Virus record (IMG/VR): IMGVR_UViG_3300028299_000005
Direction: 5' to 3' (one strand)
Source of the DNA: an uncultured virus (IMG/VR IMGVR_UViG_3300028299_000005)
Lineage: Duplodnaviria > Heunggongvirae > Uroviricota > Caudoviricetes
DNA length: 20,000 nucleotides
Within the stretch, counting starts at the first letter, position 1, and each line of letters opens with the position of its first letter. Position numbers and translations under genes: made by a program. Shown here piece by piece: positions 15,008 to 20,000 of this stretch. A model generated the notes under the pieces. It saw only the letters and a list, made by a program, of their open reading frames with translations. It had not been told where the DNA came from and searched no databases.

Positions 15008-15034
15008 AAAATTTCTTCCTTGTTTTGTATTTTA

Positions 15035-15190
15035 TTATTTTAAATCCTTAATAATCTTATATGCTTCATTAACTTTTAATTCTGATATAAATTCTCCTGC
15101 AATTAGTATATTTATAATTCTTATTGCCTGCTGCCATTTTATATATGCTTCTTCTTTATCTTTAGGCTTTTTAAAAAGTTCTATTTTCAT
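15035..15190 (-). CDS. small hypothetical protein (51 aa)
   Basis: Read manually: MKIELFKKPKDKEAYIKWQQAIRIINILIAGEFISELKVNEAYKIIKDLK; AAGGGG SD. Confidence 0.65.
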   Translation of the reverse strand: MKIELFKKPKDKEEAYIKWQQAIRIINILIAGEFISELKVNEAYKIIKDLK

Positions 15191-15244
15191 TTATTGCCCC
15201 TTTGATTATTTTGTTCTTCTTATTTATAATACATTACTTATTCT

Positions 15245-15538
15245 TTACTGTTCTAAAATAAGTTTTATCTTATCTGTTTTTGTTCGATAAGAATTTTCAT
15301 ATAATATTTTTCCAATTTTACATTGAAAAATTCGAGATTTTCCATATCTAAAAAAGTATTTTTGTAATGCTCGTGCAGATGACAATTTCTTACAACACCA
15401 AATGCCTCCAAAATCTTTATTATTCATCTGCGGCCGTGGTTCATGTTTCCATTTTCCTATAAAATAGGTAAATATATTAAAATTTTTTCTTAATCCCAAT
15501 GATTGCATATTATCTGTTACTACTTTAAAATACAGCAT
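15245..15538 (-). CDS. hypothetical phage protein
   Basis: Probable start MLYFKVVT at 15538 (track start 15571); GGIWCCK motif. Confidence 0.75.
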   Translation of the reverse strand: MLYFKVVTDNMQSLGLRKNFNIFTYFIGKWKHEPRPQMNNKDFGGIWCCKKLSSARALQKYFFRYGKSRIFQCKIGKILYENSYRTKTDKIKLILEQ

Positions 15539-15604
15539 ATCTTTTCGCATTTTGCGTAACGCATTATGCATAATTTTTAGTTGTCCGAAAATATCGGACA
15601 GGTA

Positions 15605-15898
15605 TTACTTGTAAAAGCATATTATTCCTCCTAATCCAGTCGAAGCAGCTATTTGATAACCTCTTTCTTTGTCATCTTTTGATAGTTCACTTTCAATTAT
15701 GTCACTAAAATGTGCTGCAATATTATAAATTTTATATGCAGGAAAAAGAAATTCTCTGATTAATTTACCATTATATTTAATTTCAATTAATGCATCTCCT
15801 TTAGACTCTTCAGTATCTATTAAATACCATGCCTTTACATTAAATCCTCTGTCATCAATATTAAATTGCGGATTTTCATTTTCTTTTTCTCTATTCAT
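15605..15898 (-). CDS. hypothetical phage protein (97 aa)
   Basis: ORF track. Confidence 0.8.
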   Translation of the reverse strand: MNREKENENPQFNIDDRGFNVKAWYLIDTEESKGDALIEIKYNGKLIREFLFPAYKIYNIAAHFSDIIESELSKDDKERGYQIAASTGLGGIICFYK

Positions 15899-15932
15899 TT
15901 CTCTTTTTTTATCCTTTTATTATTATTTATCT

Positions 15933-16058
15933 GGCGGACAAGAACTAATTATGTAAATTCAGTTACCCGCCTTTTTAAAACTAGGCTCTTATTGTCCTAC
16001 CCAAGCACTGTCGGGTTAGAATTCCCTGTCTCGTCCTTAGACAATAAAAAGCCTAGTT
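15933..16058 (-). ncRNA. two tandem structured elements in a 300-nt intergenic gap
   Basis: About 18-bp stem 15979-15996/16040-16058 enclosing ACCCGA/TTGGGT; second long hairpin GGCGGGTA/TGTCCGCC at 15933-15971; G-U pairs favour minus strand. Confidence 0.5.
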
Positions 16059-16197
16059 ATCAAGCTCTTATCCTATAGATATACTAACTAAAAAACACAA
16101 TTAATACTCCCAGCCTAAAACCTAATGAAAAGTTATTAAATTTATTTCATTAAAATTGCTTGTTATCTTCATGTTTTATACTTTCAGATAATAAAAC

Positions 16198-16473
16198 CTA
16201 ACCACTGGCACCGAAAAGTTTTATTTGAATTGTTTCCATTCTATTTAAAACTCCATCACGAAAATTTATCAATGCTTCCGATGTATTATCTAAGAAACCT
16301 ATTAAAGACGTAAAAACTTCTTTAGTATTTTCATTTGCTTTCTGCGGCTTTTCAGATGGGTCTAATCTGTCTATAAGGGTGTCTAATGCATATAGAGTAT
16401 CCCGTATTGTTTCATTTAACGCTATCTGAATTAATTCATGTTTAAAACTCGATCTATCTTTTGTAACATTCAT
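16198..16473 (-). CDS. hypothetical helical protein (91 aa)
   Basis: ORF track; AGGA SD. Confidence 0.75.
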   Translation of the reverse strand: MNVTKDRSSFKHELIQIALNETIRDTLYALDTLIDRLDPSEKPQKANENTKEVFTSLIGFLDNTSEALINFRDGVLNRMETIQIKLFGASG

Positions 16474-16526
16474 ATTATTATCCTGGTTATTTTTATTAAA
16501 AATTACTAGTTAGCACTATTTTGATT

Positions 16527-16730
16527 TTACGTTGGGTGTATGTTTTTAACTTTAAAATAGGTATCAAGATACTCAAGAATAAAATTTACATTTGTATTAT
16601 ACCCATTAAAAGTAACACAGGATCCATCCTTCATAAAAATTTGCACATCATTACTAATTTTTCTATATCTTTGTATTTCGTTTAAAACAACTCTTTCCAT
16701 AAAAAATTTTACAGTTTTTGGAGTTTCCAT
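16527..16730 (-). CDS. hypothetical protein (67 aa)
   Basis: ORF track; overlaps upstream gene end. Confidence 0.7.
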   Translation of the reverse strand: METPKTVKFFMERVVLNEIQRYRKISNDVQIFMKDGSCVTFNGYNTNVNFILEYLDTYFKVKNIHPT

Positions 16731-17035
16731 GTATTTTTGTCTTTTAATTGTTTATAAAACTCTGTAAGAAATTTAATTCTTATTTTTGCATCCCCTTGTT
16801 TCCAAGCCCACATACTATGTCTTTTACGTTGTCGACTATCAATTTCAAAAAACAATTCTGGAAAAGCAATCTCCATATAATCCATTGATGCCCCATTGCA
16901 CGTTATACCAGCGGCCTGATTAAATCGAAAACAAAGATGATGAAGAAGTAAGTAAGCTTTGCTATCTTCATTTTTTAGACTTGTAAGCATTTTTTCAATT
17001 ATTTTTAGTTTTTTAGTTATAGTATATTCCTTCAT
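16709..17035 (-). CDS. hypothetical protein (108 aa)
   Basis: ORF track. Confidence 0.75.
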   Translation of the reverse strand: MKEYTITKKLKIIEKMLTSLKNEDSKAYLLLHHLCFRFNQAAGITCNGASMDYMEIAFPELFFEIDSRQRKRHSMWAWKQGDAKIRIKFLTEFYKQLKDKNTWKLQKL

Positions 17036-17088
17036 ATTAACATTAAATCCTTTTATTTAATTCCTTAATTATATTATTAGCATCTAAA

Positions 17089-17493
17089 TTAGTAATTTCT
17101 GTTTAGCATATGTTCTAAAATTTCAAAACCTTTTTCAATCCCAAGATGTAAAGCTCCTTTCTTTGCTTGAATTACTTTTTGTTTATAACACTTTTCTTTT
17201 TCAACCCAATAATAGATTTTAGTTCTCCATCCCCAAACACCACAAGGATCTAATTCATTAGTTTTAAAATTAAACATAGGAGCAGATGTAATCAATATAT
17301 CTCTGCTACGAAGAAAAAGCATTAACCAAAATGTTAGAGAATTTAAAGATTCTCTAAATAATAGTTTTTCTAAATTTTGCTCTTTTAGTTTAGCAAAACT
17401 GTAATTAGTATTAAAATTAAAATTTTCTTCAAACCAAATTAAACAAGCTGCATAGGCATTAGGAAAATTCTTTTTTATTAATTTAAAATTCAT
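17089..17493 (-). CDS. hypothetical phage protein (134 aa)
   Basis: ORF track. Confidence 0.75.
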   Translation of the reverse strand: MNFKLIKKNFPNAYAACLIWFEENFNFNTNYSFAKLKEQNLEKLLFRESLNSLTFWLMLFLRSRDILITSAPMFNFKTNELDPCGVWGWRTKIYYWVEKEKCYKQKVIQAKKGALHLGIEKGFEILEHMLNRNY

Positions 17494-17527
17494 GTTTTTT
17501 TATTGGTTAGAAATAAAGTTTATATAT

Positions 17528-18358
17528 TTAATTTATTTTCTTTAAAAAAGGTGGGTAATCACAAATAAATCCAGCGGCGTTCTTATGTCCGCCGCCGCCA
17601 TATTTTAAAGCAATGGTTGAGACATCAATATCTTTAGTAGTATATAACGATACTGTCCATTTTTTACCATTCCAGCAAAAAGGCATCATTATATCATATA
17701 GTTCCGGCGAAACAGAAGCAAAAAGCTGTGAACCTCTTTCATGAGAATTGCATACTACTGCTGTATAACCTTCAAACTGAATAAAATAAGCTTGACTTCT
17801 AATCACTTCAGCGTATTGCTGTTCTCTGAATTTTAGTAACAGCTTTCCATTCTCTATAAAATGTCTTATTAGATCATTATCATAAAACCATGTAGACCAC
17901 ATATCATTTTCAGGATATGTATTTTCTAACTTGATTCCAAGTTGTAAGGCCTCGCTATCCTCTTTATACCTTAGTGTCCAGGTATCATAATCTCCTAGTA
18001 AAGTCACTACTAAAGGAACCTTTATATTTAAAAAATAATACTCCCAAGTTAATTCACATCCAGCTGCCCGAATATCCTGTATTCCTTTTAAATTTAATTC
18101 TTTATATTTTTCAATTGCAGTAATATGGTGATCAATCCATATAATGAAGGGCGTAATAGTAAGCAGCTTTTTCCAATCTTCTATTGAAGATAAAGAGAAG
18201 TCTACTATTACAATCATTTCATTTTTTTGAATAATATCAAATGGAAAAGATTTACTATAATCCATCTCATAGTATTTACTAGATACTGTTGTATAATATT
18301 CTTTAACAATCGCTGCAGCACAGTGACCATCAAGATCATTATGATAAAAGCATTTCAT
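17528..18358 (-). CDS. DHH/DHHA1 family phosphoesterase (nanoRNase-like)
   Basis: YHNDLDG, IVDFS, WIDHH, DYDTW and SLY...YGGGGHKNAAGF motifs. Confidence 0.93.
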   Translation of the reverse strand: MKCFYHNDLDGHCAAAIVKEYYTTVSSKYYEMDYSKSFPFDIIQKNEMIVIVDFSLSSIEDWKKLLTITPFIIWIDHHITAIEKYKELNLKGIQDIRAAGCELTWEYYFLNIKVPLVVTLLGDYDTWTLRYKEDSEALQLGIKLENTYPENDMWSTWFYDNDLIRHFIENGKLLLKFREQQYAEVIRSQAYFIQFEGYTAVVCNSHERGSQLFASVSPELYDIMMPFCWNGKKWTVSLYTTKDIDVSTIALKYGGGGHKNAAGFICDYPPFLKKIN

Positions 18359-18367
18359 ATTTTTAAT

Positions 18368-18634
18368 TTAAATTTCCTGTAATATTTTTTCAGCTGTTAC
18401 ATAGCGTTTTTCATATATATCTATAAGAAAATCTCGAACATGTGCAAAATCATTATTATCAGTACTTAATGGACTAAGTTTTATAATAATATCTTCCTGT
18501 CCTGCACCAATTTTCTTGCCAAAAAATATAATTTTGTGACAATTATTATTATATAATACATTATTTAACATTTCTTGACAATCATTGATAATTCCATCAA
18601 GCATTTTTACTTTTTCTACTGTGGCCTTTTTCAT
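18368..18634 (-). CDS. hypothetical protein (88 aa)
   Basis: ORF track; GAGGA SD. Confidence 0.75.
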   Translation of the reverse strand: MKKATVEKVKMLDGIINDCQEMLNNVLYNNNCHKIIFFGKKIGAGQEDIIIKLSPLSTDNNDFAHVRDFLIDIYEKRYVTAEKILQEI

Positions 18635-18658
18635 AATTTTTATTCCTCAGAAGCTTGT

Positions 18659-19096
18659 TCATTCAATAACATGCGGTTTTTCCTTTATTATTACTTGCTT
18701 TGCTAGTTGTTTAGCCACTTCAGTGACTACCTTATCATTGTATGCCTCTCCCCAAAAACTATTGGCTTTTATTACTTTTTTGACAATATCCGTCATAGTG
18801 TTTTCGCTAAGCTGGTGTTTAACATAATTTACAGCAACTTCTTTAACAGCGTCTTGTGTCCACTGTTTTATATCTGCTTCTGAAATTTGTAATTCATTGT
18901 GAAGATAGTTTTTAAACATCTTCCATTTTTCACCATATGCACCCAATCTCATTAATTTGTCGAGCTGTGTTGTGATCTCTGTCCAGAGAACATCGCGCTC
19001 ACCAGGCGATGTGCTTTTATAAAACTTCTCATACAGCGGTGATATATTATCTGCAGTAAAATCTAATTGTTCCTTTGTCATTTTTAAAGTCCTCAT
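18659..19096 (-). CDS. hypothetical helical protein (145 aa)
   Basis: ORF track. Confidence 0.75.
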   Translation of the reverse strand: MRTLKMTKEQLDFTADNISPLYEKFYKSTSPGERDVLWTEITTQLDKLMRLGAYGEKWKMFKNYLHNELQISEADIKQWTQDAVKEVAVNYVKHQLSENTMTDIVKKVIKANSFWGEAYNDKVVTEVAKQLAKQVIIKEKPHVIE

Positions 19097-19186
19097 TTAT
19101 TTGTTTGGTAAATATCAAAGAGTGTGTAGTTAATTATGGACAAAAGGCATTAGGAGCAAGTGTAAAAAACACCCACCCCATTTAGC

Positions 19187-19504
19187 CTACTTCATTTTTG
19201 CAGACAATTCCTGTAATTGTTCCAAAACCTCATAAGGTGTTTTATCCGTTTGGCTCTCTGTTGTTATTTTTGCAATAGCAGCCAAAAGTAATTTACCCTC
19301 GGAAGTAGTAGTATTAATTAAATTAATGTCTTTAATGTCAGGCAAAAATAAAATTTTTAGTGATTCTAATTGCCCGTCCTTTCTTCGTTCATATTCAATA
19401 CCCTCTACACTACCTAAATTAATTCCTAAATTATTAGGAATTGAACTGATAAACGAATTATTTTCTTTGATTAATTCATCAATTGTTTTGAATGTTTTTT
19501 TCAT
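19187..19504 (-). CDS. hypothetical protein (105 aa)
   Basis: ORF track; first gene of the minus-strand run. Confidence 0.75.
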   Translation of the reverse strand: MKKTFKTIDELIKENNSFISSIPNNLGINLGSVEGIEYERRKDGQLESLKILFLPDIKDINLINTTTSEGKLLLAAIAKITTESQTDKTPYEVLEQLQELSAKMK

Positions 19505-19535
19505 TTTTATAAATTATTAAATATCAACCCCTAAT

Positions 19536-19565
19536 AATATATAACAAATTGGGGGCTGTTTACAA
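19536..19565 (-). promoter_or_regulatory. candidate sigma70-type promoter
   Basis: TTGTAA-N18-TATATT about 30 nt upstream of the ATG at 19504; AT-rich context weakens the call. Confidence 0.35.
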
Positions 19566-19820
19566 TTTGCTCTATTTGTGCGATTAATTTATTTTCTTGT
19601 GACTTGATAGGGCCGCACATTTTAATCCCCAGCCACACTAAGTTAAGTCTTTTTTTTAGTTAAAAGGCGCCATATAAGTATACCGAATCGCTTTGCGATA
19701 GCTTGTGGTCTTAAATTGGCGACTGTACGTTTGCATTCCTGTTAAAATTTGGTGGGTAATGGTACCCTATAATGTAGTTGTTTTAAGGCATTTGTGGGTA
19801 ATTATAATGCAAATATTGTC

Positions 19821-19884
19821 TTATAGGCAGTTATAGGCAGTTATAGGCAGTTATAGGCAGTTATAGGCAGTTATAGATAGGCAG
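19821..19884. repeat. tandem repeat (TTATAGGCAG)x5 plus one variant copy
   Basis: Exact 10-bp units at 19821-19870, then TTATAGATAGGCAG. Confidence 0.95.
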
Positions 19885-19940
19885 TGCTTGTAAAGTTTGC
19901 AGTTGCAGTCAAAAACGTTTTTTTTCTCGTCGGTTAAACT

Positions 19941-20000
19941 CTGACTTTAAACTGACTTTAAACTATAAAAAGCTGACTTTAACCTATAAAAAGCTGACTT
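19941..20000. repeat. CTGACTTT-core repeat, 21-bp period, runs off window
   Basis: Cores at 19941, 19952, 19973, 19994; unit CTGACTTTAA(A/C)CTATAAAAAG. Confidence 0.9.

Noticed and set aside
15582..15600. Hairpin TGTCCGA/TCGGACA as a terminator
   Set aside because: No U tract on either strand; function cannot be supported.
1753..19520. All plus-strand ORFs in the track (e.g. 1753..2079, 3437..3619, 8795..9031, 14964..15290, 19326..19520)
   Set aside because: They are antisense shadows of minus-strand genes, with F/S/I/L-rich composition and no SD or operon context.
1..20000. Genome-wide UGA reassignment (genetic code 4 or 25)
   Set aside because: Repeated ATGA stop/start overlaps (767, 4311, 5496, 6776, 8992, 11082), and the DHH, radical SAM and MazG-like genes use TGG with no internal TGA.
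19821..20000. CRISPR array
   Set aside because: Units are 10-21 bp tandem copies with no unique spacers, and no cas genes are present.

Overview
AT-rich window (roughly 30% GC by eye) that reads as the accessory or early region of a large bacteriophage or prophage. It holds about 55 short, tightly packed genes, all on the minus strand, with Shine-Dalgarno motifs and ATGA stop/start overlaps. No structural or core replication genes are present. Recognisable products are a P-loop NTPase/kinase-like protein, a radical SAM enzyme next to a 'TNSSTE'-motif protein, a MazG-like (DUF550-type) pyrophosphohydrolase, a DHH/DHHA1 phosphoesterase, and Lar-like, DUF2283-like and DUF4241-like proteins. The most striking element is a plus-strand non-coding module at about 9480-9835. 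It contains a 9/3 allo-tRNA-type gene with a serine-like body and a GAU (Ile) anticodon, preceded by a terminated small RNA carrying two segments complementary to that tRNA. This is a candidate all-RNA toxin/antitoxin or regulated mistranslation system. The window also has several GC-rich structured intergenic RNAs, a degenerate tRNA, in-frame UGA codons at probable Trp positions, a peptide module shared by four unrelated ORFs, several single-base gene lesions (decay or sequencing error), and tandem repeats at the right edge. All family calls come from motif recognition only; no searches were run.
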